A stretch of 64,000 nucleotides of DNA, taken from positions 87,856,001 through 87,920,000 of the forward strand of contig NW_024704742.1 in the NCBI RefSeq assembly GCF_018977255.1, in the 5' to 3' direction. The position numbers and the translations under genes are program-made. Source of the DNA: Callorhinchus milii. Taxonomy: Eukaryota. This document shows, in pieces, positions 37,201 to 49,953 of the stretch (positions are counted from its first letter, which is position 1; each line of letters begins with the position of its first letter). The notes under the pieces were generated by a model. It was not told the DNA's origin. It saw only the letters and a program-made list of their open reading frames with translations, and made no database searches.

Positions 37201-40200
37201 CAGTGCCCATGGGTATTGATTCCAGCACAAGCCTGGGAGGCAAACGCTAGTTCATTCCATTGCACAGGCAATGCAGCAGGGAGCGAGTCAACAGGGGAGG
37301 GGTTGTTGGCCAGGACACTGGGAGAGAGAAACTCCCTTCTCTTTTCGAATAATGCCATGGGATCTTTAACATCCACCTGAAAAGGCAGACAAGACGTCAA
37401 TTTAATGTCTCATCATGAAGGACAGCACCTCCAACAATGCAACACCCCCCCAGGCATTAGAAGGTCATCTTGGACTACGTGAATTCAAGTCCCGATGCAG
37501 GATTTGAACCCATAATCTCCTGATGCAGAGGGCTATCACTGAGCCAAGCTGACACACTTTTGTAAATAATAATAATAATCCTTGCATTTGATATAGCATG
37601 TTATCATGTTGTTGAGACATCTCAAAGTACTTCACGGAATATACTGTATATTTTATGGGCGAAACGTACCAGCCAATTGCGCATAGCAGTGTCCCACAGT
37701 CATGGATTGAGCGACCAAATTATTATTATTTTGGGGGGGGGGGAGGATTATTATCCCTGGAAAGCAATTATCATTATTAGCAAGGTGCTCAGCACAGGTA
37801 AAGGTGCTCTGCGCAGGCAGACGCAGTAAATACCCAGCAAACAATTAAAATTAATTGTTTGAAGCATTTGGTAACTTGCTCAAAGGAAATGTTTTGTAAT
37901 GCAAAGTGGGTGTTGTCAGGAAAGATTTACTTCAGCTTACAAAAAACAAAGAAATTAATAAAACAGTCTGAGTCAAATCTTGACTGGGCTGAAAGGGGTT
38001 AGGTACAAGTCACAGGGATATCTACCTGGAGACAATGCTGGAGAGGTACGTACATGGATAGCAAACAGCATAAACATGCAGCAAACATTTTGTGTACAGA
38101 GTTTAAAGCGTCATCACTAATTCGGCTTCTTTAATGTACTAACTGTCTGATGTTCCAACACTTCAGACGGGCTTACAACAAGCCATTAATACTGGCTGAG
38201 ACTGAAGGGATCACACTGCGATGCAAACAAAAGAGTTTTTCTTAAACGGTTCAGCTAATACCATATCTAGCTCAGTCACTGGCCAACAGGACCTTCACTG
38301 ACTGAACCTCATAGCAATTTTCAAGTCACCAAAGCAAGGCTGCTGTATAATTATAATAATAATAATCCTTGTATTTGATATAATGCCTTATCACATTGTT
38401 GAGATGTTTCAAAGTGCTTCATAGAATATACTGTAAAGTGGAGCGATGGTATATTTTATGGGCGAAACGCGGAAGACAATTGCGCACAGCAGTGTCACAC
38501 AAACAGTCGTGTATTGAGCTTGTCTCAGCTGAAGGTTAGATGGCTAAGTCAATTGCCTGGATTGAAAAGGCTTGAACACTAATGTACCATTTAACCACTG
38601 TAGCACTTAATCTCCACCTTTATATTGAACATTCCCTCTCAAGATTTGCTGCACAATGTCACTCTTCGCACCACACAGTTTGGGGGCTAAATACAGCAAG
38701 CACTTAGGCAGCAATCATGAATTATACACTTGCTGGTGAACACCTCACCCTGACAGTGATACTCAGCACCAAAGTCTTGTCCGGGCAGTGCAGTCTGGCT
38801 CCTGCTTGCAGGTTAGCAGATAGTGGATTGACTCCGGAGTATCAGTAAACCCACGAACCCTGGTAACCACAGCCAAAAGCTGCGATCCACAACACGGAAG
38901 ATAGCCAGATGCCAGAGAGAGGCAGCTCCATCATATAGGGAGAATCCATGCTCAACACTTAAGGAATCCCTCATTGTAAACCACACATTAGACCCCACTG
39001 TATGGCTGCCGTTTCTCTTACAGGGTTTTCACAAATCCTGTCAACCCCCAACCCCCCCCGCCCGTTTTTTTTCTTACAATGATTTTTTATTTTCTGTTGC
39101 AGATGAGTTGAGTTTAACAATATCTGTTACCAGTAACTTCCTCGTCACTCCATCTATGTTACGGGATGTTACACTGAACTTGGCGACGGATCATTATCTG
39201 CCATGAAAATTATGGCGCTCACACACACACTGGCATTTGAAGATCCTCAGGACGTCTAAATACAGTTAAACATTTGTACTGGAAACGATGAAGTAATTGT
39301 AAATACAATTAACATCATTCTTCCACATGTTTCAGTTGTTGGTGAGTGCACTGTGTAAAAAGAACATGGGGTTGGGGGGTGGAGTGGGTAACAGGACTTT
39401 AACTGTGGACACGCTATATAATCCTCTCAATTGCAGATAAACAGAAAAGAAATCACCCTATGAAGAGGGTTACATTTTACCGATCAATAATTTGAAGAAG
39501 AAATGTTACCAAAGACGTCCGATCATTCAATAACATCTATTTCCTGAACACTAAATGGTTAGTGTGGATTCCCGAAATTTTCTATTAAAGTGTTAAATTA
39601 AATTAATATTTATTCACAATGTTACCACCGAAAATAAAAAGTGAGATTTTCCATACATGTATCACATTGACAAAAGATATCACAAAGCAGCTCAGTCCAG
39701 TTTCCTGAGGCTCCCAAAACATCAGTCAAGGTTCACCACCCGTGCTTGTCCCAACAGATTAAAGTCAGTGCGAAAAGTTGTTTAATGCAACACCGTACTA
39801 AATCATAGCTTCTCTGGTCGGCTACAAGAGAGGAGTCACTTACTGATGAATATATCATTATTTTTTTAAAAAAAGGCTTTTAGTTAACTATTACAAACAA
39901 GTAACAAAAATCACTATTTGCAACGATTAATAATAAGTTACATTTGAAATTGCGCCTTTCATGACAGGAGGATGGCTCAAAGCACTTCACAGGATTTACT
40001 ATAAACTGGAGTGACTGTGTGTTTTGTGAGCAATTGAGGCATGATTGGGCTCTATTGTATCAGAGTGACACATTGCAACCTAAATTTGCAGGTTGGGCCA
40101 ATAGGCTGTGGGCTATCCATGTTCTAACACAGACAGCTGTTATTGTGTAATAAACCACCAATGAAACACAAATAGCTTCTGTAATCCTTTTTATTGGTGA

Positions 40201-40265
40201 CTCCTTACACCTGCAGGTATTTGAAGATGGTTAGTCCACGGGCAATTAGCCCAACCTAGTATTTT

Positions 40266-40455
40266 ATAAAAGGCAAAATATTACAAATGCTGGAAATCTG
40301 AAATAAAAACAGATGTTGCTGGGAACATTTCAGTTCGATGACCTTTCATCAGAACTGAGTTCTGTAGGTCATCGACTTGAATTGTTAACTTACTTTCCTC
40401 TCTCCATAGATGCTGCCTGACCTGCTGCGTGTTCCCAGTGACTTCTGGTTTTATT
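40266..40455. mobile_element. Penelope-like palindromic element
   Basis: Inverted arrangement around AGAACTGAGTTCT; homologous to the 32058 copy. Confidence 0.6.
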
Positions 40456-42549
40456 CCAGCATTTTAGATCCTGATCTAGCCTCTGAACAGCATGAATTAT
40501 GCTGGTGACCAGCAATTCTTTTGACTATTCAAAGTCACCCTCCTACCATTTTTGCCACTGTGTCAGAATAAACAAGTTTCTTTAAAAACAATTCAGTACA
40601 CTCCACATTTTATTTAAAAACAAAACTGCATCCATGAACCCGACGCAGCTATCAGCTCCATCTCTGGGCTAGAACCCACTGCTTGTTAAAGGAGGGAGGG
40701 TTCGTAAAGGTACTATGTGCCTGCACATACACACAGACACATTCATATAGAGCATCTCCAAGCACTAAGGTCCCACCACAACATTGGTTTTAATTCATAA
40801 GCTGCCAAAGAGGCTGCTCAGAGAAGCTCAACTAATAATACTAATCTTTGCATTTAATAAAGCGCGTTATCATGTCATTGAAACGTCTCAAAGCGCTTCA
40901 CAGGATATACTGTAAAGTGGATTGACTGTATTTTCTGGGTGAAAAGCGGCACCCAATTGCAAAGTAGCATAGTTCACAGTTTGCACACGATTCACACATC
41001 ACTGAAGGTGCTGCTGGTTTTGTACCATGCCCATCACACCTGTCATGAAAAACAAAATGTACACTCTGTACTAAATCAAGTCAAATCCAAAACGAGGGAG
41101 AGGGCTGCAAATAGGAACCATTTTTTTCCCTGCTAAGAGGAAATGACCCAACTCTCGCTGACAATGTTATTTTAGATTTGCCCTCTGAAAATTTTCATCG
41201 ATAGTCACTTTTATTATGTGGAGTTCCGTCGCATAATGGTTAGCACGCTCGCCTCACAAGCGAGTGGGCCCAGGCAAGGTGAAACCTTAGGCAAGTTTCC
41301 TTACTCCACACGCCTCTGTATACCTAGCAGTAAAATGAAACCTGGTTGTAAGTCGATTGGCGGATCCTTTTGCAGAGGTAATAATCCCTTAAAAAAAGTG
41401 TGGTCACTAAATCCACTGGTGTTTGTGTGACATTATTGTACGCTATTGGCTGCTGCATTTCGCCATGTAATACACTGTTAATCCACTTTACAATATATTC
41501 TATGAAATGCTTTGCGATGTATTACGACGTGATAAGACGCTATATCAAATGCAAGGATTATTATTATTTTTGAAAAATTCATCCTCAAGTTTAAAAAAAA
41601 GGACACAATAATTTTGAATTGTATTTTGTTTTCTATGCTCCACTTCTGCCTCACTCACACCTAGTGAAAAGCATTTTATGTTTCCCTGGTCTTTTCACTT
41701 TACCAACCACTTGTTCCTTAAACACTTGTTTCAATATCTTAGTCTACTGCAACAACAACTTGCATTTATATAGCACCTTTCTAATATAATAATCCTTGCA
41801 ATTGATATAGCGCCTTATCACGTCTTCAAGACGTATCAAATTGCTTCATAGAATATACTGTGAAGCAAATTGAATTTTACATATTTTGGGCGAAACGCGC
41901 CAACCAATTGCGCACAGCAAGTGTCCCACAAACAGTCGTAGATTGAGTGATCAATTTTATTATTATTTTTTATTGAAAGAATAACTACACCCGGAAAAAT
42001 GATCCACCAATCGACTAACAATCAGGTTCCTACTTACTGCTAGGTAAACAAAGGCGTGTTTACGTGGGGTAGTGCCTCGGAGCACACAACAATAGAGTAC
42101 AGTAGCTTAACGCCAAGCCAGGGAGGTGACCATAGACACTATGGAAGAGGAAAATCTTCAGGTGCCATCTGAAGATGGGCAAAGGGGGCACAAGGCGGAG
42201 GGATTGAGGCATAGACATCCCGAGTTTCGAGGCGTAATGGCTGAAAGCATCGCCCCCAATCCTGGAGCAGAGGAAATGAGGAACATTTGGAAAGCCCAAG
42301 CCAGCTGAGCAAAGGGAGTGGGTAGAGCAGTGGGATATGAGCAGGTTGGAGAGATAGAGAGATGCTAGGACAGATGCTAGTGCAAACTCAGCACTGGAGA
42401 TTTTAGTTTTAAGCAGCACTGACAGAGAAGTGCAAAAATAACCTTTACCAAATTCCAATGTTTTCTCAGAGAATCTCAACCCTATTAACATTCTTTCCAT
42501 GTGGAAAGCTTAAAGATCATTCCTCCTGCAGCCGGCAAGAAAGTCAAAC

Positions 42550-42870
42550 GTGGAGACCTGTAGCTCAGTGGTTAGAGCACTCGCTTTGCAAGCGAGAGAC
42601 CTGAGTTCAATTCCAGGCAGGGCGAAACCTTGGGCAAGTTTCCTTACTCCACACAGAGCCTAATAATAATCCCTCCAAAAAACAAAACAACAATAAAATT
42701 GGTCATTTTCAATCTACGACTGTTTGTGGGACATTGCTGTGCGCAATTGGCTGCCGCGTTCGCCCACAAATATACAGTCAATTCACTTTACAGTGTGTTC
42801 TGTGAAGCGCTTTGGGACGTCCTCCCGAATTGAAAAGTGTTATATCAAATGCAAGGATTATTATTATTAT
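42550..42870 (+). mobile_element. Young tRNA-derived SINE (short subfamily)
   Basis: Same structure, (TTA)n tail. Confidence 0.9.
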
Positions 42871-44234
42871 AACTGGACTAAATCCAATTGCAAGCGCAGG
42901 TTTGCTTCAGTCAAACTTGCAGGACCCTTCGAGTATCCAGTATTTAAGGAGAGATGTGTATTGTGTTTAATACACGTAAAAAAAATCTTGCATTTATTAT
43001 AGCGCCTTACTTAAGAACCAATGAAGAGGATAAATCCCACTAAATTTGCACATGGCTTACACATGGGGCATAATAGAGCACAATGTAAAGAGAAGCTCAT
43101 ATCAATATATTCGTTAACAAATACCTGCTACATAACTATTCTTCTTCTACTAGGGCACATTATTATTATGATTATCATAGCCACAACATCTTCACTCTTA
43201 CACCATGTGGCTTGGTGAATATAACACAAAATGACAACCAACTTTATCCCTGACTAAAGAGTGGCAACTAGGTCAAAATTAGACAAAACAATTTCCACTT
43301 GCACAGCGCCTTTCACACTGGGAGGATGTCACAAAGCGCTCAACAATTCTACAAAGTCTTTACAAAGAATGTGCAGCACGGAAACAAGCCGCTCGGCCCA
43401 ACCAATCCTTGTCAGTGTTTATACTCCACACAAGTCTTTCATGCATTCCTTTACTCGCTCCCATTCCCTTCTATTGCCCTCTCCCTGGTGTGAAGTTCCA
43501 GCTTCCTCTTGAATGTATCTACACCATCTGATTCAACCACCGCTTCAGGTAGCGAGTTCCACAATCTCACTACACTCTGTTGGCACCTGAGTCTATCACA
43601 AGTTCAGCTCCTCCATTCCCTAATCAATGCTTAACAATGAAGTTCCTCCTAAATTCTCTTCTCTAGTCACTATCGTATATTTGATGCCCTTGGTTACGAG
43701 ATGGTGAGAACCATTGTGGGGGATGAGGGGGTGGGGGGGTTGTGGGGGGATGGAAACATGTTTTAGGACATACCTTTAACCAAGCTCAGAACAAAATCAT
43801 TTTGCTCAGCACAGGTGAAGGAAAGAAGAAGCAAAAACAACAGGTAGATTGTTCCTCCTTCCTTTGGATAACCCAAGCAAACAAACTTATGAGGTAGCTT
43901 GTTCATGAATCCTTCAGGTTAAAGTAATGTCACAATCAGACCCTAGGGCGTTGAAGTATAACTCCAGAGAGCAGCAATGGCCGGCAGACTCAAGAGTGAG
44001 AGGTGTTGGCACCCAATTAGCAACAGAGGAACAAAGGGAAGCCATTTAGCCATTGATCCTGTTTCACCAACTGGGTTTCTGGGCACCACTGAGTCTCTCA
44101 AGCTTGCAAGCTGTGTGGTTTTAGCTGACATCCTCCCCGAGCTCGGGGTCAGACTCCGCCACTGTCAAGCATTCCGGGAAGCTATCCCACGTGAAGGGAA
44201 CTATATAAATGCAAGTTGTTGTCATAGTAGTAAG

Positions 44235-44490
44235 ACTTCAGCAGTTACCCCAACGCACATGCTGGGGTCCCCAAGCCTTGGCTCCTGGCAACCTGCCTCT
44301 AATACTTTCCGGAATTAGGTAAGCAGAATGCGTCCCTCCGGGGAGAGAGTGCGCATTCCATTCAACCAATCTTTCTCTGGGATTTCCATGCGTAGGTGGG
44401 ATGCATGGAATTCTCAGTTTGGTTTGGATACTCTTAAGCATGGTGATGGGTTTCTGCACGTGTCAAGACACCCGGCTGATCCCAAAAAAC
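44235..44490 (+). repeat. Unclassified interspersed repeat (also 49240-49490 -, 62277-62382 +)
   Basis: Near-identical core GTAGGTGGGATGCATGGAATTCTCAGTTTGGTTTGGATACTCTTAAGCAT in three places. Confidence 0.85.
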
Positions 44491-46773
44491 AGTCTCTCAC
44501 AATCCCAGCTCCTCCAAGCCCTAAACAATGCTTAAAAATGTGTTGCCACAGAAACAGATTGCTTCTAACTATGTTTTTTTTAACAGACACATATCACAGA
44601 ATGTCCCTAATTCTGCACTTGCTAAAAAAAAGTAAAGCGATTTATAAACTGGGATTATAAACAAAATTTAATTTTTCAGAAAAAAAGCAAAACTCCTCCA
44701 TATGCAAAATGCAACAAGTCAGATTTTGTACAGAGTGTGAAATTCTGTCAGAGAGCGAGTGACTTGGAGGCTCCAGGAGCCTTGGATCATGGGAGATGCT
44801 TTGGTTGTGTCAATTTGGCAAGTGCCATGAAGCGTGATCTCCAGGCAAACCTGGACACCTCAACTAAAGACTTGTCCAATTTTCCCAATCCCTCATTCTG
44901 CTCTAAACTTCGAGGTACAATCCTGAATCTCTGAGTAATCAACAAGTTGCATTTATACACCACCCCTTAGGCAGGGTAGCGTCTAAGAGCGCGAGTCGTT
45001 GTCTCTTTCGCAAGGACTCGCATACCTACACCCCCTAGGGACCCGCCCCCTCCCCATATCATATGTGTGTCTGTGTCCGGGGTGGGGGGCAGTTAATGTT
45101 TGATGAAGCATTTAAAAAAAAACAGGACAGAACAAGAGTAAATTTTGAAATTGCGGAAAGAGATTCTTCAGGAAAAGACTGCTCCGTTCCATGTAAATTT
45201 ACAGGAATCAAGGCAGTTCCTGGCAATAGGCAACAAAACAGCTCCAAGCGATTATGAGCTTTTCAATCATTTGGTACGGTTTACTGACTCCAGACTGGTC
45301 TGATGTGAAAGTGTGTAATGTCAGGCAGTCCCACAAGAACATAAGAATTACAAAACAAAAGAAAAATAAGGTCCATTCTACAATCCTGGCAGTCGCATTT
45401 ACATGTCATGTCCCAAACTCAAAATACTGTATCCCGAGATATTATTTCCTAAAAGAAATCTATTTAATTTGCTTTTGAAAAAAATCCTAACCCAACATCT
45501 CACGACCTCTGGGCACAATTTTTCCCAGTATTTAGCGCTCGTCGGAAACCTCCCTCTGAGATCCCAGAGGATGGCTAGGGTGACTTGAATAGTCACACTG
45601 GCTCCACAGATCTAGTAGCTCCTCTGAAGTTGGGGGTGAGGCATACTCTTGGGTCAGAGGAGAAAAAGCTTTGTTCTACAGCTACTTGAGCTAACCTTGA
45701 CCTGGGAAGGCGTGATCTAAAGGAGAATGGCTTCACCATTCGCCTTAATGAAAATAACTTTCTCGCCCGACCCCCCACTATCCCCCACCCCCACCCAACA
45801 GAAGGTGAATTCTATGTGTTTTTTCATGATATTTAAATTTTCCAACATCAGTAAGGAATGACGTCTCGGGCTCAATGCCAAAACAGTGAGCATCATCCAA
45901 TAATAATGAGTTTGTTCTACTGTGTTTTTCCTCATTTTCTCTACTCTTCCAACCCCTCCTCTCTTAAAGACATCAACTCCCCACAGTACTATTCCCCATG
46001 GGTGCCAGCAGTACCTGCTCCCCCCCCCCCCCCCCCCCACCAACACACTGGCCGCTGATGAGCCACCAGTCAACTGGCTGGTTCAAGACCAATCTCGACG
46101 TCACCTGATATTTGCTCCCTGGGTGGCGACCAGGAAGGAGAACCCTTGCGATTTCCCCCTCTTGAGGTACAACCCACCTCTCCCATCCCCCCCCCATGTC
46201 AAGGGTGCTAAGGTCTATTGCACTCACTAATGCATCTTACTCACTGCTGATGAAAGGTCATTACCCTGAAAAGTTAACTCACTTTCCTCTCTCCAAAGAT
46301 GCTGCCTGACCTGCTCAGTGTTCCCAGCGACTTCTGGTTTTATTTTACTCACTGCCGTCCTGGCTGAGATCAGCTAACTCAGCATGTATCATACCCACAA
46401 AACCTCTTGGCCTGTACAGCTCAGCGATATGCCCAATAGATTGTCAGCCTAATCTAAAACATTCTTCTATAAGGAAAGCAAGGTTTGTTCTACTGAGGTT
46501 GCACGCTATTCCTGACCTTCATCCACTGCTTAGTCGAACAGCAATAAGACATCCGCACAATGTAAGCCAAATGTGCGATGTAGTAAATTTCTAGCAATAT
46601 CCTAATAAATGCAGATTATTATAACAAAGTTCCAGCTCCGCTGCTAGTTTGGTAGAGCTCTCCAGTTAACATTCAGGAGTGGATTTCTCCAGCTCTTCCC
46701 TCTTCCCTTCCCCCCCACCACCGCCACCACCATGAATGATCATGCCTTACTGCACATATAATAGCATTTCACT

Positions 46774-46862
46774 GTGTATATATAAATATATATATATATG
46801 CACATGTACATAAAATATATAGATATATGTATATTATAAAATTGTAAAATATGTATTTATAT
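46774..46862. repeat. (TA)n-rich low-complexity tract
   Basis: Direct reading. Confidence 0.85.
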
Positions 46863-47211
46863 TACTCTGGGAGGCTTCCGCAGACGCAGGTGCCGGCTGG
46901 TAGTTTGGCTGTCAGTCTTTGGCCATTGCCAGGCGTGGTGGACCTGTATCTGACATGCCGCATGAATGTGGAAGAAATGTTGAAATTCACACACGGTGCG
47001 TTCGTTTATTTGCCGGTTTGAATACAGGCTCACCGAATGTCCAAGAAAAGGGAGATACGGTGGGTGACCAGGAGACCAGGTCACCAAGAGAACGGATTGC
47101 TTTCCGCCTGGATCTGGTTGGGTTGCAGTCCCGCCGCTGCCAGTTCTTTGCGAGTCTCTTGATCGTGAGATGTGCTGGTGTTGGTTCACATTGGGCTCTT
47201 TCGTTGGGGAG

Positions 47212-47224
47212 TCACTCGTAAGAA
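47212..47224 (-). CDS. CARM1L: Candidate CARM1-like terminal coding bases (S)SYE*, followed by 3' UTR with AATAAA at 47010-47005
   Basis: catcaacag acceptor after a pyrimidine-rich tract; phase-2 join gives FFSSYE*; alternative endings exist. Confidence 0.4.
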
Positions 47225-48225
47225 CTGTTGATGATAAAATAAAATGGAGAGGGGAAAGAGAGAGAGAGAGAGTGAGAGGGTTGAACTATTTTCACCTGAT
47301 TCCTACTCAAAGGTTTATTCTACTAATAGAACAGGTTTTTGAGGGGGTTTTAAAGCCCTTTTGCCATTGGAAAAAAAACCTTTCTTGACTTTAAAACAAC
47401 AACGAAAATCACATTTGTACAGTGCTCTACAGTCATGGATGCGCACCCAAGCTGGGGGTGCACATCTTTGACTGTCCCAACAACAAAAAATACTCAATTC
47501 ATCGCTGTGCACAATTGGTTGTCGGGTTTCGCCCACGAAATATACAGCCAATCCACTTTACAGTATATTCTACAAAGCACTTTGAAACATCTCAATGTCA
47601 TAATAAGGCACTACATCAAATGCAAGGATTATTATTATTATTATTGTTGACAAAATTACTTCCCTTCCTCCAACACCGCACCTGGAAAAGTCTCATCTGT
47701 AAGGACTGCTAAAGCATCTTAACTTGTGTTTTTTCCTAACAGGATTCCCACCGGCCTCTGTAAGAACTGGCAGGGAGCACACTTCCACACTTCCAGATTA
47801 ACACTTCCTGTTAATCGATTCATATTGTTTTTTAAGGAATCCTGGTAGAATTTCCGCAAATTCGATTCCACTGATTCTCTCTTGAGAACCCCATAGATCT
47901 GTACTCTTGCTCTCAGGTTTCTGCTTTCACCATCTCCCCAGGGATGCCTGTTCCATAAGTTTACTACTTACTCACTGAAGTAGTGTCAGCTAACCACTAT
48001 TTTTTCACAGAGCTCGTTTTGCTTCTCAGTCTTTTGGTGATGTCCCTCCATGACACACCTTGGCTTGTCACCTGTTTCTCAATGAACAAATATGCCGCGA
48101 CAATCCACTCTTAATGCTTCTTTTATATAAGCCAGCCAGGAGCAGCCCTCCTCCCGCACAGCCCAGCCTGGCGTTCTCACCCTGCATGCTCACATTTTAA
48201 GCAAATACACCATTGGAGTGCTCAC

Positions 48226-48315
48226 CTGAAGAAGGGATTCTTTAAGTCTAGTATGTTGCCAGACTTGAAGCCCGTCTGGTCCACAATAGCCATGATGTGA
48301 ATGTCGTAGCTCTGT
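48226..48315 (-). CDS. CARM1L: CARM1-like exon: (R)[29 protein letters not shown]
   Basis: gtgatag acceptor, GTGAGC donor (unspliced read-through gives AGG TGA = R stop), 90 nt. Confidence 0.94.
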
Positions 48316-49815
48316 CTATCACACAAAGCAGAGGGAGACAAGGGTCAATTATAGTCCACTTTCCACTCAGGGTTTCCACATATATTCCACATATTTGCCG
48401 GTCAGAGAGGGAGAGGTCATGGAACATTTGCCAGGAAGGGTGGTTGAGGCCATGACACTGGACTCATATGAAAACAGCTTGATGCTGTGATCTGGGGATG
48501 GTAGGGTGGATTTTCTGGAAGAATGAGAAAAGGGCCTTCTTCATTCAAACTAATCTTATGATAGGAAGGGACCATTCAGTCCCTCAAACCTGTTCTGATG
48601 GTTTACTAGATTATGATTGATCTTTTAATACCATATTCCCCTCCCTCCCCACCCAACATACACCCATTTATCTGTTCCCTTATTTTGCAGGTATCTAACA
48701 AGCTGCTTTTTAAACATCCCAATTGCTTCTGTGCCCTTCCAGCAATGGACGGCTTTTGTGGCAAACCACAAATACACCGTCACTACATTCTGCAGCTATG
48801 TAACCATTCTTATTACAGCAACAACAACAATTTGTTTAAGGTTTCGGGGGGTAGCGGCTGAAAGCACGACTGTCGATAATGCCCATCATCATTACAGTAA
48901 ATGCTACAAAATGCTTTGAAGTCTTTTGACAACATGATAAGATCCTAAGTCAAATTAAAGGATTAATGTTAATAAATTATATTTAGATTGTAGCTTTGGA
49001 AGTGTAGTAAAGTGTTGATGGATTACAAAGAAATAATGTAGCAGTGCTTCTAGGAATATCTCGGTGCCTCCTCCTCCTCCCCTCCCTACCGGGAAGGGGG
49101 AGGAGTTAATTTAGGAGCCCACCCATTCTATTCCCAAATGAAACTCACATGCCCCTCCTTCACAAACCCAGGAACGTGATTCAAACGTGAAATTCTCTGT
49201 CACTAACTACTGTTGAGATAATCTGTAAATTCCTTTGATTTTTTGGGGGAAGTCAGTCGGGTGTTTGACACGTGTGGAAACCCATCACAATGCTTAAGAG
49301 TATCCAAACCAAACTGAGAATTCCATGCATCCCACCTACACGTGGAAATTGTTGGAATGGAATGTGCACTCTCTCCCTGGAGGGAAGCATCCTGCGAACC
49401 TAATTCTGGAAAGTATTTTGCCAGGAGCAGGTTGCCAGGAGCCAAGGCTTGAGGACCCCAGAGTGTGCGTTGGGGTAACTGCTGGAGTCTAACCAGCTAA
49501 AACCGCATCACTTGCAATTGATATTGGTTGTCCAGCTAGGATCACCCTACCAGTTAGGGCTTTGGCTTGCAGAAGTTATGAACTTGAAAACGAGGGATGT
49601 GAAATGGTCAGGAGCCTGGCGTTAGAACAACTGGTTTGTGAAGATCTTGACGTTCAACTGCAGTAATACCGTGCTGCCCTGCGTGTGGATAATTATAAAG
49701 GAGCCATTGTCCAAACCTTTACGTCTCTCCGTCCAGAGGCAAACACGGAGACAAGGCTCGGTGGCGGGGGGTGGGGATTGGTGAGATTGGCTACAGTTGC
49801 CCTTTCAGTTCTTAC

Positions 49816-49953
49816 CTTTTATTGGCCACCAGCAGGACTCTCCCTGAGAATGTTTCTCCAGCTTTGGCAAAGAGCGGGGTCTGGAGCAGGCAACGAACCT
49901 GATACCAGTGTGTCAGGGGTTCTGTGGGAGATGTGGAAAGCCAGACTGTCTTT
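49816..49953 (-). CDS. CARM1L: CARM1-like exon: (Q)[45 protein letters not shown]
   Basis: Within ORF 49812..50030; cccatcag acceptor, GTAAGA donor, 138 nt; THW loop. Confidence 0.96.

Noticed and set aside
42551..42625. tRNA-Ala(TGC)-like sequence (also at 4950-5024, 19270-19343, 61198-61272)
   Set aside because: No proper acceptor stem, and each continues into the same SINE body; these are SINE heads, not tRNA genes.
44320..44420. Resemblance of the unclassified repeat to RNase MRP RNA (GAGAGTGC, ATTCTCAG)
   Set aside because: The conserved GGAAAGUC CR-I region and P4 pairing are absent.
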